Source: a virus
Taxonomy: Duplodnaviria; Caudoviricetes
DNA: 64,000 nt
IMG/VR virus record: IMGVR_UViG_2823732373_000001
Coordinates: 22,352-86,351 of that record
Reading direction: 5' to 3' (one strand)
A program made the position numbers and the translations under genes. Shown piece after piece: positions 9,290 to 19,329 of this stretch (the first letter of the stretch is position 1; each line of letters begins with the position of its first letter). A model generated the notes under the pieces. It had not been told where the DNA came from. It did no database searches and saw only the letters and a program-made list of their open reading frames with translations.

Positions 9290-10471
9290 TTAGGTGAGCG
9301 TCAGGACTTCGAACGCCTCATCGAACAGGCGGTACAGGAGCTCGCCCTTGTCGACGCGCATCGCGGTCGAGCGCTTGAGCACGAACTGCTCGATGGCGCT
9401 GTACTCAGCGGTCAGCGACTTGACGCGGTGCACGGCGTAGCGCGTGTCCAGGCCCATGATCGTGCCGGCCGGCCAGTTGGGGTCATTCGTCAGGAAGATC
9501 TTGACGGTCGAGGTCCAGCTCGGGTTGATCACCTGCATCAGGGTGTCGATGCGAGGGCTGTTCGGGTTGTCGTTCTGATTGGTCGGCTTGCCTTCGCGCT
9601 TCTCGATCGCCATAGCGCCGTCCAGGTCGGTCACGACCAGGTTGATCGTGCGCTTGTGGGCATTGCGAGCCAGCCACTTGATCCATGCGGTCTGGGTCAG
9701 CTTGCCGGCCGTCGCGGCAGCATCCAGCGAGCTGGCGGCAACGACCTTGCCGGCGATCGACGACAAGGCGGCGATGGCGTAGTCGGAGTCGCCGTTCAGG
9801 AACGACAGGATGTAGCCGTAGGCCTTCTCGTTCGACTCGACGGCGGCTTGGCGACCAACCGCCAGGCCCACCAGGTCAAGCGTGGTGCTTCGCTGCGCTT
9901 GCTCCGAGATCTCCATGCCAATAGCCCAACTGGGGATCTTGCGCGAAACGTCGGACGCGGTGATCGTCAGCATGGACTGCGGCAGGGCCAGCTGACCAAC
10001 CGGCGCGCTACGTGCGGCTTCGGGGTTGCTGAAGTTCAGCACCGGGCGCTCGAACTTATCGCTCGAGATGCTGTCGTCCACTGCGATCATCAGATCCAAG
10101 CCGGTGACGCTGGTCTTCAGGTCGGTGGCCAGCTTGTCCTCGATCACGCCCAGGATCACGGCCGGGAACAGGATGCGAGAGGCCGGCACACCTTCCTTGG
10201 TGATTGCGGCAGCGTCCTGCTTGGGGTTCAGCACTTCGCCAACTGTAGAAGGGCGGATGCCGAATTCCTTGTTGCCCTTCACAAAGATCCCGGTCTGCTC
10301 GCACAACTGCTCGAAGGGGCTGCCGTGCTTGGCGGCGTCGGTCGGGAACTGCGTGGCGAGGTATTGCGGCACGGTCTGACCTGCATCGGCCGCGGCCTTG
10401 TAAGTGTGAAGGCCGATGTCGATCGCCTGGTTCTTTCCAGCTGCGTCGATGAAAACGAGTTCTTTGCCCAC
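9290..10471 (-). CDS. Major capsid protein (HK97 fold likely)
   Basis: 393 aa after the protease and decoration genes; SRKIPSWAIGMEISEQA resembles the HK97 spine region. Confidence 0.8.
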   Translation of the reverse strand: MGKELVFIDAAGKNQAIDIGLHTYKAAADAGQTVPQYLATQFPTDAAKHGSPFEQLCEQTGIFVKGNKEFGIRPSTVGEVLNPKQDAAAITKEGVPASRILFPAVILGVIEDKLATDLKTSVTGLDLMIAVDDSISSDKFERPVLNFSNPEAARSAPVGQLALPQSMLTITASDVSRKIPSWAIGMEISEQAQRSTTLDLVGLAVGRQAAVESNEKAYGYILSFLNGDSDYAIAALSSIAGKVVAASSLDAAATAGKLTQTAWIKWLARNAHKRTINLVVTDLDGAMAIEKREGKPTNQNDNPNSPRIDTLMQVINPSWTSTVKIFLTNDPNWPAGTIMGLDTRYAVHRVKSLTAEYSAIEQFVLKRSTAMRVDKGELLYRLFDEAFEVLTLT

Positions 10472-10500
10472 TTTTTTCTCCTTGTTCTGTGGGTTGTTGA

Positions 10501-10983
10501 TCAGACGCGTTCGATGACCGCGACCTGGCCAGGTGCGCCGGAGCCCTTCAGCGCGACGACGCGCCAGAGGAACGACAGGGTTTCCTTCCCGCCGGTTGCC
10601 TTGCAGACACGAGGGTGGCCCGTCAGCTTGGTGCCGCGTGCGGTGACGGTACCGGCGACCACGAAGTCGTTGATCGCGATGGCGCCGGTGCCCGGGGTGG
10701 CTTGCAAGCCGTCCAGCGTCACGGTCTTGCGGCCTTCGTCCTGGATGGTGCCCAGCTTGAAGCCGTCGTACAGCGCGCCACCGGCTTCATCGGCCGAAAC
10801 CAGAAAGCCTTCGATCTCGTCGCCTGCGGCGCAGAGGCCGTACTGGCTGTCGCCCTTCAGTTTGACGAACTTGTTGACGTCGGCGTCGGACAGCTGATTG
10901 GCCGTACCGGTGCCGTCGGCGGTACGAACGGTCTTGTTCGTGTCGTACGGACGGATCAGCTCGTTGAGTTGGAACTTCGCCAT
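10501..10983 (-). CDS. Capsid decoration/cement-like protein
   Basis: Start MAKFQ with AAGGAG RBS; between protease and capsid; KFVKLKGDS...GDEIEGF. Confidence 0.6.
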   Translation of the reverse strand: MAKFQLNELIRPYDTNKTVRTADGTGTANQLSDADVNKFVKLKGDSQYGLCAAGDEIEGFLVSADEAGGALYDGFKLGTIQDEGRKTVTLDGLQATPGTGAIAINDFVVAGTVTARGTKLTGHPRVCKATGGKETLSFLWRVVALKGSGAPGQVAVIERV

Positions 10984-10993
10984 GTTTTTCTCC

Positions 10994-12523
10994 TTATTTG
11001 AGGCGAGTGGCTTCGATGCGGGCCATGCGCGCCGGATCGGCCGGAGCGCTATTGCCCTCTTTGTCGGATGGAGGGACTGCGGAGACCGCAGCCACACCAC
11101 CCGCCTTGAACTTCTGTTCGAACTGCGCACGCAACGTGTCGTGTGCGGTGAGCAGTTCGGTGTCGCTCATCGCCTCAGCGCTGCCGGCGGCGTGGCCCAG
11201 GGCGACGCGCATGCGCCCCACCGAAGCGACGGTGATGGCGCGCATGGCGGTGGTCGAGGCCGAAAGCGAGTCACTCGCAGCCTTGGCGTCGCGCGCTTGG
11301 ATCGTGAGGTCGGTGATTTGGGTCTGGGCCGTCGCCAGTTGACCCTGCAGATAGGCCACCACCGCGTCTTGCGAAGGAACAGCGGCGACAGCAGCGATCA
11401 CTGCGGTTGCGTCGGCCGGAACTCCACCACCTTCAGCACCAGTTCCTGGTGCGCCGCCCCCGGCAGCAGGGGCGCCGGCGGGTGCGCCGGTAGCGTCGAC
11501 GCTCGCGGCTGCGGCGCCTTCAGCTGCAACGGCGCCTTCGGCGATTGCAGCGATCTGAGCTTCGGTGAGTGCGTTTTTCAAGGTGGTTCCTTCTGAATGC
11601 GCGCCATACTGGGAAGGCTTCAAATCGGTGGCAATCCCTCCCCCAATGTTTTCCTTCGCATTGGCTTTTTCGGCCTTGCCGATCACAGAGTCGAAGGTGC
11701 CAATAGCGTCGACAAGACCCACCTCCTTCGCGCGCTCGCCGGGGAACACACGGCCCTGAGCCATCTTGGTGTCGGCAAGCTGGTAGGCCACGCCGCGGTG
11801 GTCCGCGACGTGCTGGACGAAGAGCGAGTAGCTGTGGTCGACGCTCGCCTGCAGCTCGTCCTTCGCAAGCTCGCTGAGCGCCTCGTAGGGGTTGCCGAGG
11901 GCCTTGTATTTGCCCGCGCGGATGACGGTCGGCTTGATGCCGGCGATTTCCATCATCTTGCTCATCTCCTGGTGCACGACGAGCACGCCGACCGAACCGG
12001 CCTCGGCGGACTTGGAGATGGTGATGTGGCGCGCGCTCGCGCCGAGCGCATAGGCCGCCGACATCATTGCGCTGTCGCTGAATGCGGTCACGGGCTTGAG
12101 CTTCTTGTCGATGCTGGCGATCAGGTCGGCCGTGTCGAACATGCCCGAAACCGCGCCACCACCAGAAGCGATGTCCAGCACGATGCTTTTGATCGATTGG
12201 TCGTTCGCCGCGTGGACAAGTGCCTGGCGAATCTCCGGGTAGCCGCAGAAGCCGAGATACGCGTTGATCCAGCTCGCGCTGTTGTTCAGCGGTCCGGCGA
12301 TGCGGATGGTCGCCACGCCATCGGACACGCGCAGCAGACGCGGCAACTCCTCGGCGGATTGGCTGTGCGGAGCGTAAGCGCCCTTCTCCGGACGCTGGCC
12401 GGCATTGGCCATGATCTCGCTGAGGGACGCGTCCATCGCAATCTTGCGCAACTGCAACAGGTAAGTCGCGAGCGAGTCCTCGGTGCCGGCCCAGAGCTTC
12501 AGGTCAAAAATATCCATGGTCAC
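10994..12523 (-). CDS. Prohead protease, S49 family, with C-terminal scaffold region
   Basis: LDIASGGG, MSAAYALG, GSVGV, RAGKYKA; Ala-rich/coiled-coil C-terminus. Confidence 0.9.
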   Translation of the reverse strand: MTMDIFDLKLWAGTEDSLATYLLQLRKIAMDASLSEIMANAGQRPEKGAYAPHSQSAEELPRLLRVSDGVATIRIAGPLNNSASWINAYLGFCGYPEIRQALVHAANDQSIKSIVLDIASGGGAVSGMFDTADLIASIDKKLKPVTAFSDSAMMSAAYALGASARHITISKSAEAGSVGVLVVHQEMSKMMEIAGIKPTVIRAGKYKALGNPYEALSELAKDELQASVDHSYSLFVQHVADHRGVAYQLADTKMAQGRVFPGERAKEVGLVDAIGTFDSVIGKAEKANAKENIGGGIATDLKPSQYGAHSEGTTLKNALTEAQIAAIAEGAVAAEGAAAASVDATGAPAGAPAAGGGAPGTGAEGGGVPADATAVIAAVAAVPSQDAVVAYLQGQLATAQTQITDLTIQARDAKAASDSLSASTTAMRAITVASVGRMRVALGHAAGSAEAMSDTELLTAHDTLRAQFEQKFKAGGVAAVSAVPPSDKEGNSAPADPARMARIEATRLK

Positions 12524-14097
12524 TTCACCCTCTTGGCGGCGGGCGCCTTGTTGTTGGAGTTGTCGGACTGCTTGCCCTTGTTGTTCTTCGGGGTGTCGGG
12601 CTCAAGGTCTTGGCCAAGCGCGCCCGTGTTGCTGGTCGGCGCAGCAATCGGGTCGGTGGAGCCAGCCTTGAAGAAGGTGCCACTGAGCTTTGGCGCGCCC
12701 GCGGGCGGCAGCTGTCCGGTGAGACGGATCGAGGCTTCCTCATCGGAAATCATTCCGATGGACAGCTGCTCGAGCACGCGCGATTGCTTCATAGCGCGGA
12801 AGGCCTCGAGCTCGCTGTCGGGCCGCAGATCCACGCGGTCGAAGCCGAAGACGACGTAGACGTCGTGGCCGAGTAGGCGCACGCCCAGCGTGAGGGCGCG
12901 AGAAATGATCGAGTTCACCTTGTTCTGCACGCCCTCGCAGTAGCGAGCGAAGAGCGCACTCTCGGTCGAGGCGACGTTTTGCGAGCCGGAGCCGTGGCCT
13001 AACACGGCCGGCGGCGCCTTGGCGCCCGTGGCCATCTTGGCGTTGTTGATCGCCTGAATGACCTCGTACTCCTTGTTCAACGTGACGTTTCCGTTGTTCA
13101 GGTAGTCGAATTCGACCGAGTCGAAGTGCACCAGCGCGTCATCCGGCTCGAGGCCGTTGACTGTGTCCGAGACCGCCTGGATGAAGGCGTCTGTCCACTC
13201 CTGCATCTTGTCGGCATCGCCAGTTATCTCCGGCGGCATCGAGTCCCTGAACTTCTCGAAATCGATCTTGGCGTCGAGGCGTGGGTGCAACGACCTCTTG
13301 ATCACGCGGCGAACGTCATTCTGGAACTCGGTGTCGGCAAGTACCGCCTGCAGCGCCGCCTCCATCGGAGAGTCCGAATACGCCTGCAGCAGGTCCTGGT
13401 CGAGTGCTTCGTAGAAGAACGTGGCGATGTCCAGAGAGATGTCACCCACCGTCGCCTTCTGCACCGGGTAGGTGTATCCGGTGTTGTCCTCCATGAACTC
13501 GATCTGCGTCGTTGACACTGGCACGAGGCGGTTCGGCAGGCGCGCCTTGTCGAGCACCAGCTCGAGGGAGCACGAGCCGTACAGGCGCAGCTCCTTGGTC
13601 AGGGACTCCGCAATCGAATGGATCGAAGACACGCCGCTGAATCCGTCGACGTAGTCGGTCAGGTAGTTGAAGCGGGCGAGGAGCTGCTGAACGGCGGACG
13701 TCGCCTCAGGGTTCGGCGTGCCGTCCTGATTGCGCGCCACCGCCGTGAACTCGCGTGTAACGACCATGCGCTGATAGGCCCAGACGCTCGCCGACAGGTC
13801 GGGCGAGACCTGAGCTAGGTCGTGGATGGTCGACTTGGTGCTGGTACCGTTGCGCAGCGTCAGCAGGTCGAGGTTGGCAGTGCGTCGGTCGGTTGCGGTT
13901 AGCCGCTGATCACCATTGGACGTGCGCGAGCGTTTCGAGAAGCTCTGCTGCGCCTGCGGCTTTGTCGGGACCTTCGGCTCAACGATCGGTGGCAGCTGGC
14001 CGGCGCCCATCTGCTCGAGAGTGGGCTCGGCGCGCAGGGTGGCCGGCTGTACGCGGCCGAACATGCCAGAGACGATTTTTTTGAGGCCGAAAAGCAT
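12520..14097 (-). CDS. Portal protein
   Basis: 525 aa between terminase and protease; stop overlaps the protease start (GTGA). Confidence 0.8.
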   Translation of the reverse strand: MLFGLKKIVSGMFGRVQPATLRAEPTLEQMGAGQLPPIVEPKVPTKPQAQQSFSKRSRTSNGDQRLTATDRRTANLDLLTLRNGTSTKSTIHDLAQVSPDLSASVWAYQRMVVTREFTAVARNQDGTPNPEATSAVQQLLARFNYLTDYVDGFSGVSSIHSIAESLTKELRLYGSCSLELVLDKARLPNRLVPVSTTQIEFMEDNTGYTYPVQKATVGDISLDIATFFYEALDQDLLQAYSDSPMEAALQAVLADTEFQNDVRRVIKRSLHPRLDAKIDFEKFRDSMPPEITGDADKMQEWTDAFIQAVSDTVNGLEPDDALVHFDSVEFDYLNNGNVTLNKEYEVIQAINNAKMATGAKAPPAVLGHGSGSQNVASTESALFARYCEGVQNKVNSIISRALTLGVRLLGHDVYVVFGFDRVDLRPDSELEAFRAMKQSRVLEQLSIGMISDEEASIRLTGQLPPAGAPKLSGTFFKAGSTDPIAAPTSNTGALGQDLEPDTPKNNKGKQSDNSNNKAPAAKRVK

Positions 14098-14164
14098 GGC
14101 CGGCAGACTGGAGGCCTACCGCTTCGAAATCTATCCCCGGGTGGATCGCCCGTATCATCTTCGG

Positions 14165-14635
14165 ATGACTGACATCGACCAGAGTCTCTCGACCAATACT
14201 TATGCGGCACTGCAGCGCCTCACCGTAGTCTCAGCCTCGCTCTGCGACGCTGTGAAAGGGGCGCCTTCCGCTGAGCACGATTTAGACGCTCAACCCTTTA
14301 TCGTTGAGAACGGTGAAATCCGCATCCCTATTGCCCGCGCGATGCTGCTCACTCGGCAAAGGCCAATCTCTTGGCGCGCGGGCAATCCGATTCCGTCAGC
14401 GCTTGAGTGGAACTTCTATCTGCCAGACGATGAAGATCCTTCGCACTTGAAGCGCATCGGTCATCTTTATGTAGTTCCCAGCGGACCAACCTCTTTCGAT
14501 ATCCGAAAGGGCACGGCCCCTGCCGACGCCCACCAATTGACGACGCCACTTCATCCAGATTTTCTGATGGATCTAAGGGCGTGGATTGCCTGCCGCCTGC
14601 ACGAGATCGGTCACTTCTTGCCCAGCTCAACCTAG
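14165..14635 (+). CDS. Hypothetical moron inserted against the late operon
   Basis: ATG 14165 (MTDIDQ) fills the gap between terL and portal on the opposite strand. Confidence 0.65.
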   Translation: MTDIDQSLSTNTYAALQRLTVVSASLCDAVKGAPSAEHDLDAQPFIVENGEIRIPIARAMLLTRQRPISWRAGNPIPSALEWNFYLPDDEDPSHLKRIGHLYVVPSGPTSFDIRKGTAPADAHQLTTPLHPDFLMDLRAWIACRLHEIGHFLPSST

Positions 14636-16342
14636 ACCTGTCCCCTGCTTCGCACCAGCCGGCGCCTTCAGCTTGAAGGTGCCCACCATCGGCGCCATGC
14701 CGAAACCGCGCGACGCCGCCACACGGATCTGCGCGGCTAGCCAGGTGTAGAGCAGCGCGTAGTGGAAGTGATCGTCGCCGTTGCTCGGCTTGTTCCACAC
14801 CGACAGCTGCCCGTCTTCCGTCACCTTCTTTGAGCGCTTCGAGGCCGTCAACTGCGCCTTGATGTCCGGCAGGTCCGCCGTCTTGCGGATCAGGATCTTG
14901 CCGGCGCGCAGTTCATCCAGGAGCAGGTCAAGGGCTGCGTGCTTGTTGACCGAGATCTGGCGTAGCGCCGTCTTGCCCTCCTTCTCGTTCTGCTCGCGCG
15001 ACACCGTGTCGTAGATCGCGATGCCCTTCTTCGTGACGAAATAGGCCGCGAACAGGTTGCGATCGGTCTGCTGCAGGTTCAGCAGCGTCTCGACGTACGG
15101 CTGGGCATCGAGCACCTTCGAGGTGACCCGGTACTGCCGCGACAGCTCCGCATAGCGGCGGCGGAAGTCTCCGATGGGGATCTGCTCCGTGTGCACGATC
15201 ACCAGCTCTTCCTTCGAGGTGATCCCCGCAACGAAGATCCGACAGATCAACCCCATGTCGCCGCCGATGACGTGCGTCGAGAACGGCGACGTGTCCATCT
15301 CGATCAGTGCGTTGTCAACGTCCTGAGGCGTGATGCCCGAGTCGGCGTCCTCGGCTGTCAGGCCCAGGTTGAAATTTACGAAGTCGGCCCAGCGCGCGTA
15401 GCTTGTGCTCGCCTGCACCAGGTAGGAGATCGGGATCACGTTCGGCGCATCGAAGGGCTGCACCTGGTAGCCGGCCGCAAGGTGTCGCTCCAGCGAGTTT
15501 TCCACTACCCACTCACGGTTCTCCGGCTGCAGGCTCGGCGCTTTGCCGCAGTGCGGGCACAGCAGCACAGCCTCTTCCCAACGGATGCGAGCTAACGTGG
15601 CCTTCGTGATCTTGCGCAGCTCGTCGTCGTAGCCGGGGATCTTGACGTGGTCGAGGTAGCTCGGGCAGAACTGGTGACCGCAGTGATGGCACTTCACGAA
15701 GTTCCAGTGCCGGCGGCTATCCTGGAACGCCGCGTCGATCGGGTCGCCTGGGTATGTCGGCGTCGACAGGTAGATGCGAATTTTGTGCGGCGAGTGCGTC
15801 AAGCGCGACTGAAACTGGCCCGCGATTTCCTGGTTGGCAAAGCTGTACTCGTCGAAGATCACCGCGTCGGCAGCCACCGAGATCGCAGCGGTGTCAGAGC
15901 TGGCGCCGCGGAAGTACAGGAAACCGCCGGCGCCGAGTTGCTTCACCTCGGCCGAGTCCGCCCCATCGCTGTTGCGCACGGCGGACCGAAGGAACGGCGA
16001 CCCGTTGATGATCGGGTTCAGCCGCGTCTTCACGTACATCTGGCTGAACGACGCCGTGGGGAAGACATAGATCAGGCTGAAGTTCTGCATGATCGACACC
16101 AACCCGAGCGCCAGGCGCAGCGAGGTCTCAGACATGCCCACCTGCGAGCACTTGCGGATCACGATGATCTGCGACTCGTCGCTGAGGATTCGCTCCTGGA
16201 ACTCGTGATCTTTGAAGCTGTACGGCTTGCCGTTGATGAAGGTCTCCGTCTCGACCCACTTGGCGAGATCCTTGCGCGTTAGCTTCCCGGACGTCGCCAT
16301 CCGGATGCGTTGAACATGGCGTTTCCAGAGCTCGTCACTCAC
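14627..16342 (-). CDS. Terminase large subunit (lambda GpA-like)
   Basis: KCSQVGMSE Walker A, VIFDE Walker B, LSTPT, CHHC/CPHC zinc ligands, C-terminal DDHF. Confidence 0.93.
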   Translation of the reverse strand: MSDELWKRHVQRIRMATSGKLTRKDLAKWVETETFINGKPYSFKDHEFQERILSDESQIIVIRKCSQVGMSETSLRLALGLVSIMQNFSLIYVFPTASFSQMYVKTRLNPIINGSPFLRSAVRNSDGADSAEVKQLGAGGFLYFRGASSDTAAISVAADAVIFDEYSFANQEIAGQFQSRLTHSPHKIRIYLSTPTYPGDPIDAAFQDSRRHWNFVKCHHCGHQFCPSYLDHVKIPGYDDELRKITKATLARIRWEEAVLLCPHCGKAPSLQPENREWVVENSLERHLAAGYQVQPFDAPNVIPISYLVQASTSYARWADFVNFNLGLTAEDADSGITPQDVDNALIEMDTSPFSTHVIGGDMGLICRIFVAGITSKEELVIVHTEQIPIGDFRRRYAELSRQYRVTSKVLDAQPYVETLLNLQQTDRNLFAAYFVTKKGIAIYDTVSREQNEKEGKTALRQISVNKHAALDLLLDELRAGKILIRKTADLPDIKAQLTASKRSKKVTEDGQLSVWNKPSNGDDHFHYALLYTWLAAQIRVAASRGFGMAPMVGTFKLKAPAGAKQGTGLG

Positions 16343-16785
16343 CGCGGCGCCCGGCCCTCGCCGGCCTCGTACAGCTCCAGGAACTTCGCTTGGGCAACGG
16401 TCGGTAGCTGCTGCAGCGACTCGATGAGGTAGCCCTCGATCCGCTTGAGGCGCTCGCTGGTGTAGACCTCAGTCTGCAGCTTCGCCAGTTGCGAAATGAT
16501 TGCAGCAACCGCGTTTGCTACCTGCGCCCGTTGATTCGGTGGGACGTCATCGTCCTTCAGCACGTCAGACTGCAGGCGCTGCGTCTGCAGCATCTGCAGC
16601 ACGAGCTCGCGGTTCAGGTCGACGTCGGCGAGATCCTTGACGGGGAGCTTCTCGTCGATCTGGGCCCGCAGCTCGAGCAACTCAGCCACCGGCATGCCCG
16701 TCAGTTTGACCTGGAGGCTATGCGTGGCGGCGCGCGGCTGGTTTTGTCCACCGCCTGATTGCGGTGGGAGGCTAGGGAGGCCCAT
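16339..16785 (-). CDS. Putative terminase small subunit
   Basis: Helical 148 aa ORF whose stop overlaps the terL start. Confidence 0.6.
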   Translation of the reverse strand: MGLPSLPPQSGGGQNQPRAATHSLQVKLTGMPVAELLELRAQIDEKLPVKDLADVDLNRELVLQMLQTQRLQSDVLKDDDVPPNQRAQVANAVAAIISQLAKLQTEVYTSERLKRIEGYLIESLQQLPTVAQAKFLELYEAGEGRAPR

Positions 16786-16904
16786 CTCGTTCGCGTTGAT
16801 CGCGGCTTCTTGTTGTTCTGTACCTCGAAACTAGCTGCTCGAAGCTGCGGAACGCAATTCCCCCCTACATTGGAGGCAGGACTCACCAGGGAACCAGATT
16901 CGCA

Positions 16905-17516
16905 ATGAAATCCACACCGCAAACCGATACCAGCGTTGAGCAGCCCTCCACCGAAATGCCCCTCCGGGCCAAGATTCGACGCTTCTTTCTGAGCGATTTC
17001 GACGCGGACAAAGTGCTCGGCGTCTATGTTCGTCTGTCGTTGCTTCTCATCCCGCTCGCCATCTTGGGGTATTTCATTTTCTCGAACTACCTCTACCGTC
17101 GCTTCCAGTCAGCGGTCCGAAGGGGTGATGTGGATATGGCGGCCTGGGGCCAGCTTGGGGACTTTCTTGGCGGCCTCCTCAACCCTTCGCTCGCGTTCAT
17201 AACCATCATTGGCCTATTTGTGACCATCAGCGTTCAGATGTGGACCTTGAGACTGAGCATTCAGGCAAACAGAAAGGCGGACGAGCTGTCGAGGCTCCAG
17301 ACCGAGCACTCGTACTACGCAGCGCGCCTGAATGCGCTTACGACCATGATCCAGGCGGCGAAACATGAGATTGAGACCATGAAACAACTCGGGTGGAGCG
17401 CCAACACGACCAAGATTAATGAGGTCGAGGGGAAGATCTCGAAATGGAATCGTCAGCTTGAGGAAACTTCCGCCAAACTCGAGGAAGCCGCCCCCTCAAA
17501 TGCGCCGTTGAAATGA
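16905..17516 (+). CDS. 2-TM membrane protein, paralogue A (WGQxGDFxGGxxNP motif)
   Basis: Two hydrophobic segments around WGQLGDFLGGLLNP, then coiled coil. Confidence 0.8.
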   Translation: MKSTPQTDTSVEQPSTEMPLRAKIRRFFLSDFDADKVLGVYVRLSLLLIPLAILGYFIFSNYLYRRFQSAVRRGDVDMAAWGQLGDFLGGLLNPSLAFITIIGLFVTISVQMWTLRLSIQANRKADELSRLQTEHSYYAARLNALTTMIQAAKHEIETMKQLGWSANTTKINEVEGKISKWNRQLEETSAKLEEAAPSNAPLK

Positions 17517-17684
17517 AGAACCCCCTGCACATCTCAAGTAACTCTTGCGGAGGAGCCTCGCCGGCGGCAGCGTGCAGGGTTCGGGCATTGTGGCTACTCG
17601 AAGCATGAGATCCCCTAGCCCTCGGCGACAACGATGACCCCGCCTATATTCTCTCTGCCGCGAAGTGCGGCGAGGAGAAGGAAG

Positions 17685-18317
17685 ATGGCGAAAAAGGAAC
17701 AACCTCAGATCATCTATCGGGTGACGATCGGCAAGCCCACTGGCTATGAACCAGTGGCGCTCATTGGGCTGGCACTAGGTGTGCTCGTCATGGGAGCCCA
17801 CTATTTGGTGGGTAGATTTCGGACCGCGCTGCGTGACGGCAACGTAGACATGTCCGTTTGGGGCCAATTTGGAGATTTCATCGGCGGGCTAATGAATCCA
17901 GCCATAGGATTCTTAACCATTGCAGGTCTTTTGGTGACGATTCACATCCAGCTTCGAACGCTTCAAGCGAGCAGAATTGAGGCCGCAGAAGCCGCAAAAT
18001 CGGCTGCGGACCAAGCGCTTATGAACTTCTTGACGACGAAGTTGGCAGCCCTTGGAACGATGATCTCGACGATCGACTCTCAATTGCCGCCTGCGGCAAC
18101 ATTAAGCCAAATGAGGCTCCAGATGGGGGTGAGCGAAGAATTGGAGCGACTCGTCGATCGCCGCGAGGAGCTTCAGAGTGAGCTCGAGGGCATCTACGCG
18201 AAAATTCGGGCATTCGAATCGTCAGATCCGCGGTTCCCTGCGGCCCCGCCCTTATCTGAGACGATCAATGAGCTGTATCGCGCACAGGAGGCTGCCCAAA
18301 GGTCGGCCAAAGACTAG
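17685..18317 (+). CDS. 2-TM membrane protein, paralogue B
   Basis: WGQFGDFIGGLMNP; start moved to MAKKEQ after a purine-rich RBS. Confidence 0.8.
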   Translation: MAKKEQPQIIYRVTIGKPTGYEPVALIGLALGVLVMGAHYLVGRFRTALRDGNVDMSVWGQFGDFIGGLMNPAIGFLTIAGLLVTIHIQLRTLQASRIEAAEAAKSAADQALMNFLTTKLAALGTMISTIDSQLPPAATLSQMRLQMGVSEELERLVDRREELQSELEGIYAKIRAFESSDPRFPAAPPLSETINELYRAQEAAQRSAKD

Positions 18318-18375
18318 ACCGCCGTTTTCGAGGATTGGAAGCTCCTCCACTGACTGGAGGCTAGCTTGCAGGCGG

Positions 18376-19329
18376 CTACAGGATGTGGGTCCCAGCCGCC
18401 TTGAGCACTTCGTACTCGATCTGTGCTTGCACGAGGCAATGTCGAAATCTCGCTAGGTTGTCTGGCACTTCGTTCACGGCAAAGTACAGATCAAACATCT
18501 CTCTGACCACCTGAGCGTGGAGGGTCCTAAAGATACTGAGCAACTCCGTTCGCTGAGGTGGCACCACCCCGTCATTGCGAAGCCGAATCACAGTCTCGTT
18601 AACTCGCGCATCAACCGCCTCGGGGGTACATTGGTTCTGGAAATAGCCTTGCACTGCTCGGCTAAACCACCATTCGGCCGGCATGCAAAACCATCGGCCT
18701 TCCAGCAACTTCCTCTGGTTGAGGGCGCGAATGGCGGGCCCCAGATCGGCTTCTTGAAGAAACTCCCTGTAAAAATCTTTAAGTCCTTCTCGAAGCTCAT
18801 AGGGCACTGCTTGGGAGGTTGGGGACACCAGCAGGTAGCACGGTGAGGGTCCTGCTGGGTAGAGCTGACGCACAAACTCTGCGCCGTAGCAGGCAGAAAA
18901 GACGGCCATCAAATTGAACTCTGAAGCGATGTTCAATCGCCTCAGTCCTTCCCCGAGGTCGTCCCAACTCAACTCGCTGCCGTTCGCAAACTCCAGGCCA
19001 TATGCGGGGTCTCCGTGGCACTCGACCTGGAGAATCGGCCTTGCTCCAGTTCTTATTTCATGTTCGATAGCGGTGAGGAGCTTTAGAAATTCCGGCTTAC
19101 TTTCGCATTCGATATAACGAATAGGCGCGGATCGGCCCGTACGCTTGGTTTCTTCCCGCAGAAAGGCGGCGATATCAGCCCCCGTCTGGCTTTCGTGAGA
19201 CTCAAGAGATTGGACAATGACAATCTGGTTGAATCTGAAACCGGCCAGTTCCGTCGCCCCCTCCAAACTCTGGGCATCCACAGCCATAGGCGTGGACACT
19301 CGATCAGGTTGCTTCACTGTGCCCCTCAC
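18376..19329 (-). CDS. Stand-alone caspase/CHAT-like cysteine protease
   Basis: PILQVECHG (His-Gly) and LMAVFSACYG (Ala-Cys) dyad motifs; GTG 19329 overlaps the upstream stop, alternative ATG at 19287. Confidence 0.72.
   Translation of the reverse strand: MRGTVKQPDRVSTPMAVDAQSLEGATELAGFRFNQIVIVQSLESHESQTGADIAAFLREETKRTGRSAPIRYIECESKPEFLKLLTAIEHEIRTGARPILQVECHGDPAYGLEFANGSELSWDDLGEGLRRLNIASEFNLMAVFSACYGAEFVRQLYPAGPSPCYLLVSPTSQAVPYELREGLKDFYREFLQEADLGPAIRALNQRKLLEGRWFCMPAEWWFSRAVQGYFQNQCTPEAVDARVNETVIRLRNDGVVPPQRTELLSIFRTLHAQVVREMFDLYFAVNEVPDNLARFRHCLVQAQIEYEVLKAAGTHIL

Noticed and set aside
9158-10897. 579-aa plus-strand ORF
   Set aside because: Antisense shadow of the capsid and decoration genes in GC-rich DNA
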